In this document: piece after piece, positions 50,810-62,035 of the stretch | Layout: each line of letters opens with the position of its first letter | Position numbering within the stretch: the first letter of the stretch is position 1 | DNA from: Bradymonadia bacterium | GTDB taxonomy: Bacteria; Myxococcota_A; Bradymonadia; UBA7976; UBA1532 | Direction of reading: 5' to 3' | Assembly (NCBI GenBank): GCA_046290225.1 | Contig: JBKAGE010000036.1 | Coordinates: forward strand, 160,001-224,000 | DNA: 64,000 bases | Position numbers and translations under genes: made by a program | The notes under the pieces: model-generated | Told to the model about the DNA's origin: nothing | Seen by the model: only the letters and a program-made list of their open reading frames with translations | Database searches by the model: none

Positions 50810-50859
50810 AACCCGCCAGGCTGCATGCCTCGGCGGGTTTTGTGTTTTCTGGGCCAAGA
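50810..50859 (+). terminator. Intrinsic terminator after tRNA-Phe
   Basis: AACCCGCC-AGGC...GCCT-C-GGCGGGTT stem followed by a T-rich tract. Confidence 0.7.
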
Positions 50860-50915
50860 AGTGCCAAAGCATCCTGCGTGCGTTCTAGAACGCACGCAGG
50901 CGTGAAAACTCCAGC

Positions 50916-51401
50916 TCAGCCGACACTCAAGCGATGATCGAGCAGGGCATCGTCATCGAAGGTAGCCCAGAGACTGAACGTTCGCCCCGCGAGCAGGGCC
51001 GGCAACCAATACCGATCATCCGCCCACATCTCGTCATACGGCACCGCATCAACCGAGGTCCACAGCGGGATGGCCTCTTCAGTCTCAGTAGGCGCCCCCA
51101 CGCAATCCTCAGCCTTGAAGACCGTGCACTCGATGCGCAGCCCATCGACGAAATCAAAGTAGAGCTTGCCCGCCTCTTCGACCTGTGTGGGCTGGATGCC
51201 CAGCTCTTCTTGAGTCTCACGGAAGGCACATTCGAGGGGTGTCTCACCTGGATCGAGCTTGCCGCCGGGGCCGTTGATCTTCCCTGCCCCGAGACCGCGC
51301 TTCTTGCGGATCAACAACACTTGCCCGTCACGCAGCACGAACAACAGAGTGCAGCGTACAGTGGGATGCCATTGACTCCAGTCGATGTCGTCGACGTGCA
51401 C
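50916..51401 (-). CDS. 8-oxo-dGTP diphosphatase (MTH1/NUDT1-like NUDIX)
   Basis: KKRGLGAGKINGPGGK..GET....RETQEE, MWADDRYW. Confidence 0.9.
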   Translation of the reverse strand: MHVDDIDWSQWHPTVRCTLLFVLRDGQVLLIRKKRGLGAGKINGPGGKLDPGETPLECAFRETQEELGIQPTQVEEAGKLYFDFVDGLRIECTVFKAEDCVGAPTETEEAIPLWTSVDAVPYDEMWADDRYWLPALLAGRTFSLWATFDDDALLDHRLSVG

Positions 51402-51412
51402 CGCGCCCTCGC

Positions 51413-52690
51413 TCAGGTGTCGTCGATGCAGGCCTGGATCTCGGCCTCACATGCAGACTGATCCCCGTTGTTCTCCTGCACGCACACCGCGGCGTCGTTG
51501 TAGATCTGCTGCGCCTCGGGGGTGCCTGCCATGAAGCAGCCCTGCAAACAGGCCTGATCGTTCTGCCCGCAGCCGTTGAAGCAGTTCAACACCTCGCTGC
51601 AGCTGAGGTCCTCACCTGGAGGTGGGTTGTTCCCGCCGCCACCGCCATCGTTGAAGCATGCCTGAATCTCGTTCTGACAGGCCTCTTGATCACCGCCGTT
51701 GGCCTCGATGCACTCGGCGATGGTGTTGTAGAGCTGCTGCGCCTGGGGCGTGGCGCTCTGGAAGCAGTTTTGCAGACAGGCCTGATCGTTCTGCCCACAG
51801 CTCTGGAAACAGCCCAGCATCTCGTTGCAGCTCAAATCATCACCCGGCGGCGGGTTGCCTCCACCACCACCGTTGTCGCCAAAGCATGCCTGAATTTCGT
51901 TCTGACAGGCCTCCTGGTTGCCACCATTGGCTTCGATGCACTGTGCGATGGAGTTGTAGAGTTGCTGGGCCTGGGGCGTGGAGCGCTGGAAGCAGTCCTG
52001 CAGACAGGCCTGATCGTTCTGCCCGCAGCCCTGGAAGCAGGTGAGCATCTCGCTGCAGCTCAGATCATCTCCGGCAGGGGGCGGGTTGCCGCCACCACCA
52101 CCCACGCAGGCCTGAATCTCGGCCTGGCACGCAGCCTGATCACCGTTGTTGGCTTCGATGCACTGCACTGCGGTGATGTACTGGGACTGGGCCTGCTGAG
52201 AGCCCTGCTCCACACAATCCACCAGGCAAGCCTCGTCGTTCTGGCCACAGGCCTCCTGGCACTGCACCACCTCGAGGCAGCTCAGCTCACCCGGAGGGGG
52301 CGGCTCGCCACCGCCCTCACCGCCGACGCCACCGCCGCCGACAGGACCCATGCCGCCCTCACCGCCCTCACCACCAGCGCCGCCGCCAATGGGGCCCATA
52401 CCGCCACCGACAGGGGCACCAGCGCCGCCTCCAGCGCCACCGGCGGCCGCCTCGTCGAGGACACATGCACCAGAGGCCTCGTCACAGCTGAAGCCCGAAG
52501 CGCAGCCATCGACACAGTCCGTGGTGCAGTAGAGGCGATCCACCGCAGGATCGCGAATGCAGACCCCGCTGGCGCAATCGCTGGGGGTCTCGCAGGCATC
52601 ACCGGGCTGGCCCTCACCAGCGCTCTCTTCGCTGTCACAGCCCCACATCGCCGAGGCCAACAGGCACAACATCAACAGCCATCGACTCAT
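51413..52690 (-). CDS. Lipoprotein with four tandem 74-76 aa Cys/Gln-rich helical repeats
   Basis: Lipobox MWGC; repeat LSC.E...C...CGQNDQACL..C....TPQAQQ.Y..C...N.G.Q.AC..EIQAC. Confidence 0.85.
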   Translation of the reverse strand: MSRWLLMLCLLASAMWGCDSEESAGEGQPGDACETPSDCASGVCIRDPAVDRLYCTTDCVDGCASGFSCDEASGACVLDEAAAGGAGGGAGAPVGGGMGPIGGGAGGEGGEGGMGPVGGGGVGGEGGGEPPPPGELSCLEVVQCQEACGQNDEACLVDCVEQGSQQAQSQYITAVQCIEANNGDQAACQAEIQACVGGGGGNPPPAGDDLSCSEMLTCFQGCGQNDQACLQDCFQRSTPQAQQLYNSIAQCIEANGGNQEACQNEIQACFGDNGGGGGNPPPGDDLSCNEMLGCFQSCGQNDQACLQNCFQSATPQAQQLYNTIAECIEANGGDQEACQNEIQACFNDGGGGGNNPPPGEDLSCSEVLNCFNGCGQNDQACLQGCFMAGTPEAQQIYNDAAVCVQENNGDQSACEAEIQACIDDT

Positions 52691-52801
52691 GTCGCTCTCC
52701 TTGAATGTGCGTCACGCAGTGCGACGCAGGAGAGCATCGCCTGCGGGCTCGATTCAACTTCTGGATGTAAACAGGGAATTAAATCAACGCGGCGGGATGC
52801 A

Positions 52802-54025
52802 TCACTGGCACTTCGAGGCACACCCGAGAGACTTCCCCTGCCCCTTCACGGTGCCACACGTGTTGCCATCGCCAGTGAGGGGGCGGGCCAGCTGAGCATC
52901 CACAGTGTTTCCGCAGAGTTTCGTCTCCCGCACCGCGTGGGCCACGCAGGTCCCCTCGGTGTTGAAGTGGGACTGGGCCTCTGCGGCGCAGCGGGCGGCG
53001 AACTCGGCCATGGCCTCGGGCCCTTGAATCTGGGCGTCGCGGATCAGCTGCTTGCCCTCGCCGCGGCGCTTGAAGACCGAGTGACCAGGCAGACACGCAT
53101 AGTTGGGCACGCAGCCGGGCACTCCGATGGCGTCGTTCACCTCGGGGGCGCACTGCCGCAGGAACCCGTCGAACTTCTCCATGGCCTGGCGGTTCTCCGC
53201 CCCGGTTTTGCGCATCAGGATGTCGTAGCCCTGAGACTGGACCTCTGGCAGCCAGCCCTCGTGTACCTTGCAGCCTCCGCACCCCGAGCTGAAGAACAGC
53301 GTGGTGGCCTGCTTGACCTCAGCGAGCTCGGGACCACACACACACGGGTCGTACGGCCCCTGCTGTGCAGGATCTTTGCTGGCTCCCTTGGGGTTGCCCT
53401 GGAGCAGTCCGATCTTGTTGCCGGTGATCTCAGAGGCCACGATGACGGGGGTGGCCTCACACGCGGCAATCCCCACCTGAGCGCCGGTGACCTTCACTCG
53501 ACTCAACACCACGCCAGGGCTCCGCATGGTGGCCTTCGACGGGCAGGTCTTGTCCTTGGGCTGGCCCAGGGCCACACCCACGGCGCCGCCGGTGAAGCTC
53601 GAGCGCACCACCCGAAGGCTCTCGGCGCCATCGGCGACGATGCCTTGCTTCGTGCCCGTGGTGTGCACACCCAGCACCGTGGCCCCCGATCCCGTCACCC
53701 CGACCCCAACGGCGCCGCCCTTGATCTTCAGACGCCGCACGTGCGCCCGAGCGGCGGTGACCTGAACCCCCACCTCACCCGCTTCGAGGGTGAAGTCGCC
53801 GCCGTTGAACTCCGCAGTGTCGCCCGCCACAGTGACGCACACCGAGCTGGCGCTCTTGAGATCGGCGGTCAACTCCACCCGGGCCCCAGGCTGAGACAGC
53901 GCTTCAGTGCAGCTGTCGCAGCTGTCGCACTTCACTTTGCGGGCTGCGGAGGCGGAGGCGGGCAGAAACAAGAGCGCGGCGCCCAGGCAGAGTCCAGAGC
54001 GGAGGAAAACGGAGCGAAGGGTCAT
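52802..54025 (-). CDS. Secreted parallel beta-helix-like protein with an inserted CxxC thioredoxin-like segment
   Basis: Signal peptide; GV.V.G / GI repeats; TTLFFSSGCGGCKVH, GCVPNY. Confidence 0.6.
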   Translation of the reverse strand: MTLRSVFLRSGLCLGAALLFLPASASAARKVKCDSCDSCTEALSQPGARVELTADLKSASSVCVTVAGDTAEFNGGDFTLEAGEVGVQVTAARAHVRRLKIKGGAVGVGVTGSGATVLGVHTTGTKQGIVADGAESLRVVRSSFTGGAVGVALGQPKDKTCPSKATMRSPGVVLSRVKVTGAQVGIAACEATPVIVASEITGNKIGLLQGNPKGASKDPAQQGPYDPCVCGPELAEVKQATTLFFSSGCGGCKVHEGWLPEVQSQGYDILMRKTGAENRQAMEKFDGFLRQCAPEVNDAIGVPGCVPNYACLPGHSVFKRRGEGKQLIRDAQIQGPEAMAEFAARCAAEAQSHFNTEGTCVAHAVRETKLCGNTVDAQLARPLTGDGNTCGTVKGQGKSLGCASKCQ

Positions 54026-54716
54026 GATGGCCTCACCAAAAATCAGCAGACAGCGATCTGCTATCAGCGATCAGGGGTAAGAGGCAACCCAGGGCAATGG
54101 CACGTAGATGGGATGACGCGTCGATGGTGTGGACCATGATGTCTGTTGTTGTGGGGGTGTGGGGGCCGTGACGGGCCACCGGCGCGAGCCTCGACGGCCT
54201 GGGAAAAGGCCGTCTCCCCTCTCACCGGCGTCCCGCCCCGTCCTTCTCTCATCTCTGCCATGGTCTATCTCACCGCTGGGAGCCCACGTTGTGCAACATT
54301 GTTTCAACCGTTTCTGGGCAGGAACTTGGACTTTGCTGGATGGAGAACGGGCTGCAACGCCTCTGAGGCTGAGGTCCGTGGCTCGGGGGGTGGGGCAACG
54401 CTCGCTTCAACCTTCGGGGCCTTCGCGTCCTCGCTCTGCCCCACCCCCACACGTTGGAGGAGGGTTGGGAAGTGAGCGTGTACGAGGACTGTCTGCCTTA
54501 TGGGTAGTCTGCAATCGTAGCTCCGTTGTCCCTGGCGCTTGCGCCTGAGGGACCGATGAAAACGACGCTGCACAGGAGACGATTGTCCTGGATCAACTGT
54601 TGAGCTTTTTGACCCTCGAGCACCCTTGGGAGAACCTCCCACCTGAGGTGGCTCATCCATTGTTTTGAGTGCTGTGCTGGTGACCACATCAACGAGCGCG
54701 CCATCATGGAGCAGAC

Positions 54717-55757
54717 GTGAGCGAGCAGAAGTACAAGCTGCTGGTGTTGTGGTACCGCCTCACCGGTGCCTCCCAGGTGCAGGCGGAGTGGAAGGCGCGC
54801 CGCGCCCTCGATCAGGCTGAGCAGTCACGCGCCAACGCCGATGCTCAGGTGGCCCGCGTGGTCGACCGGCGGTTCAAGTGCCTCTGTGGTCAGCTGCTCA
54901 CTGCCGATCAGAAAGTCTGTCACGCCTGCGGTCGCAAGCAGCGTATGCCCCACTGGGCCCGAGGTGTCACCCGAGCCCTCGGGCTCGTGGTGCCTGATGT
55001 TGCACCGGCAACCATCTTCATCATGGCCATCATCGTGCTTGGCTATGGCATTCAGATCCGAGTGGGCGGCGGTGGGATATTCGATCCAGTCGCTGAGCAG
55101 AACCCCCTGACTAACTTCCATTTGGGGGCCTACCTCGGCCCTGAACGCTGGCGTCAGGTGAGACCCTTCATCATCGCCTTGAATTGGGACTCGCCGACCT
55201 TCCTCAACACATGGTGGCGAAGTATCTCCTATGCCTTCTTGCACGGCGACTTGATGCACATCGGCTTCAACAGCCTCGCCTTATTTCAGGTCGGCCCGCT
55301 CATCGAAGAGCGGTTCGGCGCCGCCCGAGTGCTCTTCGCCTGGGTGATCACGTCGATTGGGGCAGTCATGTTGCCCCCCCTCATCGGGATCGCGGCCGAC
55401 ACTGTCGTCATCGGCGCATCTGGAGCAGTCTTCGGGCTCATCGGCATGGCCATGTTGCAAGGTCACCGCGATGGCGACGCCCGTGGGCGAATGATCCGCG
55501 AGGTGATGATCCGCTGGACAGTGATCGCCACACTCTTCGGCGTATTGATGACAGAAAGTGGAGGCAGCAGGATCGCGCATTCAGCCCACTTTGGGGGCCT
55601 CGCCGTAGGCGCCACCCTCACGCTGCTTCTACCGCCCCCTGATGATCGCCCCGCCCGTCGCGCCCTGAGCCCGATACTCGGCACGGCCGGTATGGCGATC
55701 CTGGTCTTGGCGCTCTACCAGTTCTGGAACTTCTTTCAAAAAGTGATGGCGACCTGA
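54717..55757 (+). CDS. Rhomboid intramembrane serine protease with an N-terminal Zn-ribbon-like segment
   Basis: [31 protein letters not shown]...C..CG. Confidence 0.9.
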   Translation: MSEQKYKLLVLWYRLTGASQVQAEWKARRALDQAEQSRANADAQVARVVDRRFKCLCGQLLTADQKVCHACGRKQRMPHWARGVTRALGLVVPDVAPATIFIMAIIVLGYGIQIRVGGGGIFDPVAEQNPLTNFHLGAYLGPERWRQVRPFIIALNWDSPTFLNTWWRSISYAFLHGDLMHIGFNSLALFQVGPLIEERFGAARVLFAWVITSIGAVMLPPLIGIAADTVVIGASGAVFGLIGMAMLQGHRDGDARGRMIREVMIRWTVIATLFGVLMTESGGSRIAHSAHFGGLAVGATLTLLLPPPDDRPARRALSPILGTAGMAILVLALYQFWNFFQKVMAT

Positions 55758-56041
55758 TGGCACGACCCCAAGCGCTCTCTCCCGAGGCCCTCGAAACCGC
55801 TCTCGAAACCCTCTCCCACTGGCAGGTCGTCGACGGCAAGCTCCATCGCGAGCGCACCTTCGCCGACTTCAACGCCGCCTTTGCCTTCATGACCCGGGTG
55901 GCCATGCTCGCCGAAAAAATGAACCACCACCCGGAGTGGTTCAACGTCTACAACACGGTCAAGATCGACCTCGTCACCCACGATGCTGGCGGCATCACCG
56001 ATCTCGACATCCAAATGGCAAGCATCTCCGACACCTGGTAA
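55757..56041 (+). CDS. phhB: Pterin-4a-carbinolamine dehydratase
   Basis: [26 protein letters not shown]. Confidence 0.93.
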   Translation: MARPQALSPEALETALETLSHWQVVDGKLHRERTFADFNAAFAFMTRVAMLAEKMNHHPEWFNVYNTVKIDLVTHDAGGITDLDIQMASISDTW

Positions 56042-56113
56042 CCCCCCTCAAAAGAAGGCCTCCCCACCCCCCATCGGCCGGCCCCTTCAAACCTATACCC
56101 CACGCCAGGCCGG

Positions 56114-56220
56114 CCCCGCGGAGGGGCGGAAGTCACGGGAGTGGTCGACTGCGTCGCGAGGTGTGGTGGCTGGGTGGTGATTCACCCGCAGGCGATGCCA
56201 AAGCATCGTCGAGGAGGGAA
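56114..56220 (-). repeat. REP-like dispersed repeat, copy 2
   Basis: Reverse complement reads TTCCCTCCTCGACGATGCTTTGGCATCGCCTGCGGGTGAA...CCTCCGCGGGG. Confidence 0.7.
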
Positions 56221-56291
56221 GCGCCGGCCAGACGCCGCAGATCGCGACGCAGGCGGCCGCTCACGGGGCTGAAGCCCCGGAGCTCAGGAGC

Positions 56292-59200
56292 TCATCGAAT
56301 CAGCAAGTGGCTGCTGTGGTACCAGCTGTTGTTGCCGCCCATGCCTGAGCCCCAATAGTTCCCGTACATGTAGTTCGAGGTGCTGCTGCCCAGGTAGGCG
56401 TAGTTGCTCACGTGGAACAGGGCCAGGTAGTTGTTGTTCGAAGCGCGGGGGTACCAGTAGTAGTAGCCCGAAGCCGAGCTGCCACCCACATCCGTCCAGC
56501 CGCTGGCGAAGTTGAGCTTGTAGTAGAGGTTGTCGCCCGAGGTGAGATCCTGGTTCGTGCCGTAGTTGGGCATGATGTTGCGGTTCTTCACGCGGTGGAT
56601 CACCTTGCGACCCCAGTTGTCCCAGCCAGGGCTGAAGTTCCCCTGGTCGAGCACGATGCCGAACTCGATGGGCCACTCCACACCGGCGAGCACACGCCAG
56701 TCGGTCCAGGCGCCGTCACTGTTGGGCTGCGCCTCGTACTCCGGGCGGCCGATGAAGGCATCCTGTCGGGCCACCATGTAGAGCGCGTAGTCGCGGTTGG
56801 CGTGGCCCGCAGGGGCGAAGGCCTGGGCGCCGCGCTTGTAGTTGCCCACCACCGTCCAGCCGCCGCCGTCCGTGGTCATGTCGCAGTACACGTTGAAGGG
56901 ATCGATGCCGCCCTCACCATCGGGATCGATGCGGTACACGCCGTCGCCGATGTCACCCTCGTAGCGCAGGTTGACGTCGGTGGGGTTGCGGTAGTCGTTG
57001 CAGGTCGCGGCGTAGCCGTCGTTCTGGTAGGCGCGGTAGCCCGCCTCCATCAGGCGGATCTGACCGCACTCGTCGTCACCCATCGAGCCGCCGATGCCCG
57101 GATCGCCGTTGATGTCCATGCACACGCCGATGGTGACCCCACCACAGCCCACGGCCTGGCAGTCCCCCTCGCCGATGCGCACGTTCTCCCGGATGAAGGT
57201 GCTGTGACCCACAGTGGTGTCGGGGTAGATGACCACGCCATTCTCCACCGTCACGTCATCCTCGAACTCAGCCTCCTCGCGGATCAGCACATTGTCGCCC
57301 ACGGTGAGGTTGTGGCCGAAGGTGCTGCGGGGCCAGATGCGGCTGTTGGTGCCCACGGTGAGGTTGTCGCCGATGGTGACCTGCTCGTCGATGATGGTGT
57401 CGTTGCCCACAGTGGCGCTGGCGCCGATGGAGGTTCGGAACAGGATGGTGCAGCTCTCGCCGATGCTGCCATCCTCACCAAGGACCACGCCGTCGTAGAT
57501 ACCCGTGGTGGCGCCGACGCTGCAGCGAGCGCCCAGGTCGACGAAGATGCCCAGGCTCACGTCGTCGAAGAGCTCGCACTCGTTCCCGACGACACTCTGG
57601 TTCCCGACGAATACGTTGTCGTGCAGGGTGGCCGACTCGCCCACGTCGCCGCGGACCTCACAGCCCCCACCCAGAGTGGCGTTGCTGCCCACCGTGGCCC
57701 CAGAGGCCAGCTCCGCGCCGTCACCGAGGGAGACGCCGTCGCCCACCGTGGTGAAGTCGCTGATCACCACGTTCTCGCCAAGGGTCAAGTCGTTGCCGAT
57801 GGTGTTGTTCGGACCGATGCTGGAGCCGGCACCAGCGTTAAGGCTGTTGCCGACCTGCGTGTTCGAGCCCACCGAGGTCCCCGCAGCGAGGGTGGCGTCG
57901 TCACCGAAGTTCGAGCTGTTCCCCACCGTCACGCCGGCGGCGATGCTGGCGCGGTCACCGAAGATCGTGAGCTCGCCGATGCTCGCCCCGGCGCCGATGC
58001 TGCTGTCAGCACCCACCTCCACCTTGGTGGCCAGCTGGCAGCCGTCACCGAGGCTTGAGTTGGCGCCCACGGAGACCAGGATCCCCAGGGCACAGTTGGC
58101 GCCTACCGCGGTGTTGTCACCGATTTGGCTGTTGGTGCCCACAGAGGCACCGGCACCAACGCTCGCTCCAGCGCCCACGACGACGCCCTGGCTCACCGAG
58201 CCATAGACCGAAGCCCCGTCGCCGATGTGAGCATAGGGACCGATGACAGCGTTCTCCCCGATGAGCAGGCTGCTGCCCAGAACAGCGGTCTCTGCGATGT
58301 TCGCGCTGACGCTCACACAGGCGTCGCCGAAGCCATCACCGTTGTTGTCTGCCTGATCAGCGTTCGACACGTGGGGGCAGTTGTCGACGTCCTGGCAGAT
58401 GCCGTCGCCATCATCATCGTTGGTGGCGTCAAAGGCACATGCATCACAGGCGTCGCCAGCACCATCGCCATCACTGTCGGCCTGATCAGCGTTCGCCACG
58501 AGCGGGCAATTGTCGTCACTGCAGACGCCGTCGCCATCAACGTCGTCACACTTCGGCCGATCAGAGAGCGCAACCACATTGAAGGCACCATTCAAGGGGA
58601 CATAGGACAGGCTGTTACCCATCTCCCCATTGTTGTCGCCGCGATTGCTGGTGTCGCCGAGTCCCAACTGACCATAGTTGTTCCAACCCCAACACTTGAC
58701 ACCACCCTGGTCGAAAAGGGCGCACTGGCTATAGATGGCCATGTTGATCTCTTTGATGGTCAAGCCATCGCCGAGGGGCACCCTGTTCAGGTTGTTGCCC
58801 ATCTCCGCAGCGCTGCTGCCGAGGTTGGTGGTGTTGCCGGTACCAAGCTGACCTTGAGCGCCATAACCCCAGCACTTCAGGGTGCCGTCGGTGAGCTCGG
58901 CGCAGACATTGTAGACATCCACCCAGATGTTCTCAGCCAGCAGAGGATTCCCGCTACCATCGGTACCGAGATCCACATAGCTTTCATTGCTGGGGTTGGA
59001 GACGTTGCCACCAGCGCTGCGGCCCAGCTGCTCATAGCTGTTGTTGCCCCAGCACTTGACCCGCTGGTTGTCCAACAGCGCACAAACAGTACCCCACCCG
59101 ATGCCAACTTGGAGGGCGGTGCGGCCGGGGCCGAGATCGATGGCCGGCAGATTGTCACCCATCTCATTGGGGGCATCCCCCCGGTTTCCGCCACCACCGA

Positions 59201-59909
59201 GGCCGTTCTGGCCATAGTTGTCGACGCCCCAGCACTTCAACGCGCCGTTGTCCAAAATCGCGCAGCTGTTGTGATACCCGGCGGCGATGTCCACGGCTGT
59301 GCGACCGGCGCCGAGCTCAGCGTAGCCGAGGTTGTCACCCATCTCGCCGGCCTGATCACCCATGAAGCCGGAGTGGCCGAGGCCCGACTCCCCGTGGCTG
59401 TTGTAGCCCCAGCACTTCACCTTGCCGTTATCGAGGATCGCACATGTGTGATAGGTCCCGGCGTCGACATCCACCGCGTAGCGCCCAGTACCGAGCTGAA
59501 CCGCCGGAAGAGCGTCGCCCATCTCGTTGGCTTGGTCACCATAGTTCGCGGTGGTGCCCAGACCCGTCTGACCATATTGGCCATTGCCCCAGCACTTCAG
59601 CTGATCATTGTCGAGGATGGCGCAGCTATGGCTCCACCCGCTGTTGATCTGTTTGACTGAGCGACCAGTGCCGAAGTTGATGAACGGCAGGTTGTCACCC
59701 ACCTCACCACCACCATCGCCCAGGCTGGTTGTGGAACCCTGGCCGAGCTGACCGTGAGAGTTGTAGCCCCAGCACTTTGCCTGGCCGTTCTCGAAAAGCG
59801 CACAGTGATGATAATCATGCACCGCGAGGGCAGAAGAAGTGCCCAGCAGGGTCAGCACCCCTGCGGCGCCGAGCGCCTTCAGCAGTGAACGGTGAGAAAT
59901 CGTGGTCAC
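56292..59909 (-). CDS. Secreted modular protein C: signal peptide, RCC1-like propeller, TSP3 repeats, long hexapeptide LbH, C-terminal fibrinogen-like YCDxxxxGGGW domain
   Basis: GGAGG RBS and GTG 59909; seven KCWG repeats; TSP3 motifs; LbH colinear with A and [14 protein letters not shown]. Confidence 0.85.
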   Translation of the reverse strand: MTTISHRSLLKALGAAGVLTLLGTSSALAVHDYHHCALFENGQAKCWGYNSHGQLGQGSTTSLGDGGGEVGDNLPFINFGTGRSVKQINSGWSHSCAILDNDQLKCWGNGQYGQTGLGTTANYGDQANEMGDALPAVQLGTGRYAVDVDAGTYHTCAILDNGKVKCWGYNSHGESGLGHSGFMGDQAGEMGDNLGYAELGAGRTAVDIAAGYHNSCAILDNGALKCWGVDNYGQNGLGGGGNRGDAPNEMGDNLPAIDLGPGRTALQVGIGWGTVCALLDNQRVKCWGNNSYEQLGRSAGGNVSNPSNESYVDLGTDGSGNPLLAENIWVDVYNVCAELTDGTLKCWGYGAQGQLGTGNTTNLGSSAAEMGNNLNRVPLGDGLTIKEINMAIYSQCALFDQGGVKCWGWNNYGQLGLGDTSNRGDNNGEMGNSLSYVPLNGAFNVVALSDRPKCDDVDGDGVCSDDNCPLVANADQADSDGDGAGDACDACAFDATNDDDGDGICQDVDNCPHVSNADQADNNGDGFGDACVSVSANIAETAVLGSSLLIGENAVIGPYAHIGDGASVYGSVSQGVVVGAGASVGAGASVGTNSQIGDNTAVGANCALGILVSVGANSSLGDGCQLATKVEVGADSSIGAGASIGELTIFGDRASIAAGVTVGNSSNFGDDATLAAGTSVGSNTQVGNSLNAGAGSSIGPNNTIGNDLTLGENVVISDFTTVGDGVSLGDGAELASGATVGSNATLGGGCEVRGDVGESATLHDNVFVGNQSVVGNECELFDDVSLGIFVDLGARCSVGATTGIYDGVVLGEDGSIGESCTILFRTSIGASATVGNDTIIDEQVTIGDNLTVGTNSRIWPRSTFGHNLTVGDNVLIREEAEFEDDVTVENGVVIYPDTTVGHSTFIRENVRIGEGDCQAVGCGGVTIGVCMDINGDPGIGGSMGDDECGQIRLMEAGYRAYQNDGYAATCNDYRNPTDVNLRYEGDIGDGVYRIDPDGEGGIDPFNVYCDMTTDGGGWTVVGNYKRGAQAFAPAGHANRDYALYMVARQDAFIGRPEYEAQPNSDGAWTDWRVLAGVEWPIEFGIVLDQGNFSPGWDNWGRKVIHRVKNRNIMPNYGTNQDLTSGDNLYYKLNFASGWTDVGGSSASGYYYWYPRASNNNYLALFHVSNYAYLGSSTSNYMYGNYWGSGMGGNNSWYHSSHLLIR

Positions 59910-60015
59910 GGCAGCCTCCAGACACACACATCATATTGAGAGGTCAGCATGTGTAGGAGGCTACCGCATATAGAAAGAGAAAGACACACTCAGTGTGCCC
60001 CGATCTCATTTTGGG

Positions 60016-60531
60016 TTATGCCTCTGGCAGGTAGCCCCGCCAGGGCTCGGGCATGCCCGATCTCCAGCGGTGCGTGAACCAGAGCAGCTCTTGCAACGAT
60101 TGCGGGCGCTTGGGCGACCGCTTGAGGTACATGCCCGCCTCCTCGGGGGTCCGATCAGCCTTGAACTGGTTACACGGCCTGCAGGCGATGACCAGGTTGT
60201 CCCACGTGCCGCCGCCGCCCCTCGATCGAGGCATGACGTGATCCAAGGTGGCCTCTCTCACCGTGAGCTTCACGCCGCAGTACTGGCACCGACCACCGTC
60301 TCGTGCGTGCAGATTGCCCCTCGACAGCTTCACGCCGCGACGACTGCGGTGATGACGTACCTTGAAGCGAGCCACCGCGGGGGTCTCCATCACCAGCGAG
60401 GGTGAGGCCACAGTCTCCCCTGTGTAGGCTTCGAGGATCTCCACCTTGTCGAGGGCCCACAGGGTGATTGCACGGCGCCACGAGATGCGGGCCATGGGCT
60501 CATAGTTCGCAGAGAGAATCAGTGTCTCCAT
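60016..60531 (-). CDS. HNH endonuclease (McrA-like)
   Basis: RDGGRCQYCG, TLDHVMPRSRGG..TWDNLVIACRPCNQFK; GAGGAGG RBS. Confidence 0.93.
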   Translation of the reverse strand: METLILSANYEPMARISWRRAITLWALDKVEILEAYTGETVASPSLVMETPAVARFKVRHHRSRRGVKLSRGNLHARDGGRCQYCGVKLTVREATLDHVMPRSRGGGGTWDNLVIACRPCNQFKADRTPEEAGMYLKRSPKRPQSLQELLWFTHRWRSGMPEPWRGYLPEA

Positions 60532-60974
60532 GAGATCACCTCCTCAGATCAGGCTCAAATGAGAGCCACGTGGTTGGGGGCAGCCGCACAGCACACAGGC
60601 CACGGCCGCAAGGGAACCAGAACTGAGAGGAGAAGCAGGCTGGTGGGGGGATCCGGAGACGCTGGCGACCGGACCCTTACCCTGGCCGGCCGCTTGCTCC
60701 GAAATCTATTCGAAGGCGTCCGTCAGGTGCGCCGCTGGGTATCAAGGCCCCGCTTGAGCAGCGTGGTCTCTTCGATGCGCCCCAACGTAAAGATCGCATT
60801 GGGGGCCACGACCTCGAGACACACCGGTGCTACGCCTGCGGGGCGAAGACTGATGGCATGCTTGAGGTGGGCATACATGGAAGATCGGCCTCGAATGTCA
60901 GAGGGAGTATTGCAGGCAGGGTAGGGAGTGCTTCCAGGCCGTGTCAAGAAAGGCCCTGGAGGCAGGCGAAGTGA

Positions 60975-61994
60975 TTACTCTTTCTTCTCGGCGCACTCGG
61001 CGCGGGCGCCGTCGGCCTTGCAGCGCAGCTTGCGCAGCAGCTTGAGCATCTTCTTGTCGTACACCTTCTCCTGGTCGCGGAGCCGAATCCGGACTTCTTG
61101 GAACATGATGTCGTACTTGGCCTTGTCGGCGTCGGGGATGTCCACCCAGTGCTTGGCGTCGACGCCAGCGTCGGAGCGCTTCACCACCTTGAGGAACTTG
61201 TCGAAGTTCGCAGCGGCCCAGGCCCGGGACTTCTCACCGAAGCCTTCGGGCATGCTGCCGGGGCGCGTGACGAGCTGGAAGGTCAGCTGAGCCAGGGGGT
61301 AGCGGATGACACCGCCATTTTTGCCAATGCCCTTGTAGAGTTCGAGGGCCTTGTAGCCCAGCGAGGGCGAGTAGGCGGCCTGCACGCTGCCGTTGTTGAA
61401 CATGCCGCTGAAGGTGGCCAGCTCCGCGGGCACCATGGAGGCGCCCACGTGGCGCACCATCACCTGGGCGGCCTTGTCGAAGTCCAGGGCGGCGATGCGC
61501 TTGCCGGCGAGCTCGCCCACGGTGTCGATGTTGCGATCGTTCACGAAGAGGAACACCGCGCCGCCCGGGAAGACCCCGGCCACCTCATAGTCACCAGAGC
61601 GCATGAGCTTGCCGGCCTTGGGTGAGGCGAGGTTTTTGATGAGCTTCTTGAGCAGCGGGTACTCCGAGAGCGCCCCCATGGCCTCGATGGTGCCGGTGAA
61701 CTTGTTGAAGGCCCGCGTACGCGTACCGGTGAGCAGCGCCACGTCGCACTGGCTGGCCTTGAAGTCTTCCGCGGCGATCTTCTCGTCGGTGAAGGGCTTG
61801 AGGGTGAAGTCCACCCCCCATGCCACGGCGGCGGTCTTGTAATCCTTCATGAACTGGAAGCTGTCGCCGTTGGCGCCGCTCGGATCGTAGACGCACAGCG
61901 TCTTGGCCTCGCCGGCAAATGCAGAAGAAGCCGCCAGGGTGCCTACGAGGGCGGCGGTGGCCATGAGAGCGGCCCGGATGTTGGTCTTCGTCAT
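60975..61994 (-). CDS. Putative solute-binding protein (DUF6091/TRAP DctP-like)
   Basis: Signal peptide; LCVYDPSGANG, DEKIAAEDFKASQCD, FNNGSV, ALELYKG. Confidence 0.75.
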   Translation of the reverse strand: MTKTNIRAALMATAALVGTLAASSAFAGEAKTLCVYDPSGANGDSFQFMKDYKTAAVAWGVDFTLKPFTDEKIAAEDFKASQCDVALLTGTRTRAFNKFTGTIEAMGALSEYPLLKKLIKNLASPKAGKLMRSGDYEVAGVFPGGAVFLFVNDRNIDTVGELAGKRIAALDFDKAAQVMVRHVGASMVPAELATFSGMFNNGSVQAAYSPSLGYKALELYKGIGKNGGVIRYPLAQLTFQLVTRPGSMPEGFGEKSRAWAAANFDKFLKVVKRSDAGVDAKHWVDIPDADKAKYDIMFQEVRIRLRDQEKVYDKKMLKLLRKLRCKADGARAECAEKKE

Positions 61995-62035
61995 GTTCGT
62001 CGCTCCATCGCCGCGGTGGCGGCGGTTTCTGTCCA

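Noticed and set aside
54717..55757. Rhomboid as a dedicated sortase for the stalk proteins
   Set aside because: The stalk proteins have no C-terminal transmembrane sorting signal; proximity alone is insufficient.
60016..60531. HNH gene as a mobile element or defence system
   Set aside because: Common stand-alone HNH type with no flanking repeats, intron features or partner genes.
60640..60740. tRNA-like or Y-RNA-like element upstream of the HNH gene (minus strand ends ...CCACCA after a hairpin)
   Set aside because: No T-loop, D-loop or cloverleaf could be built; an Infernal scan would be needed.
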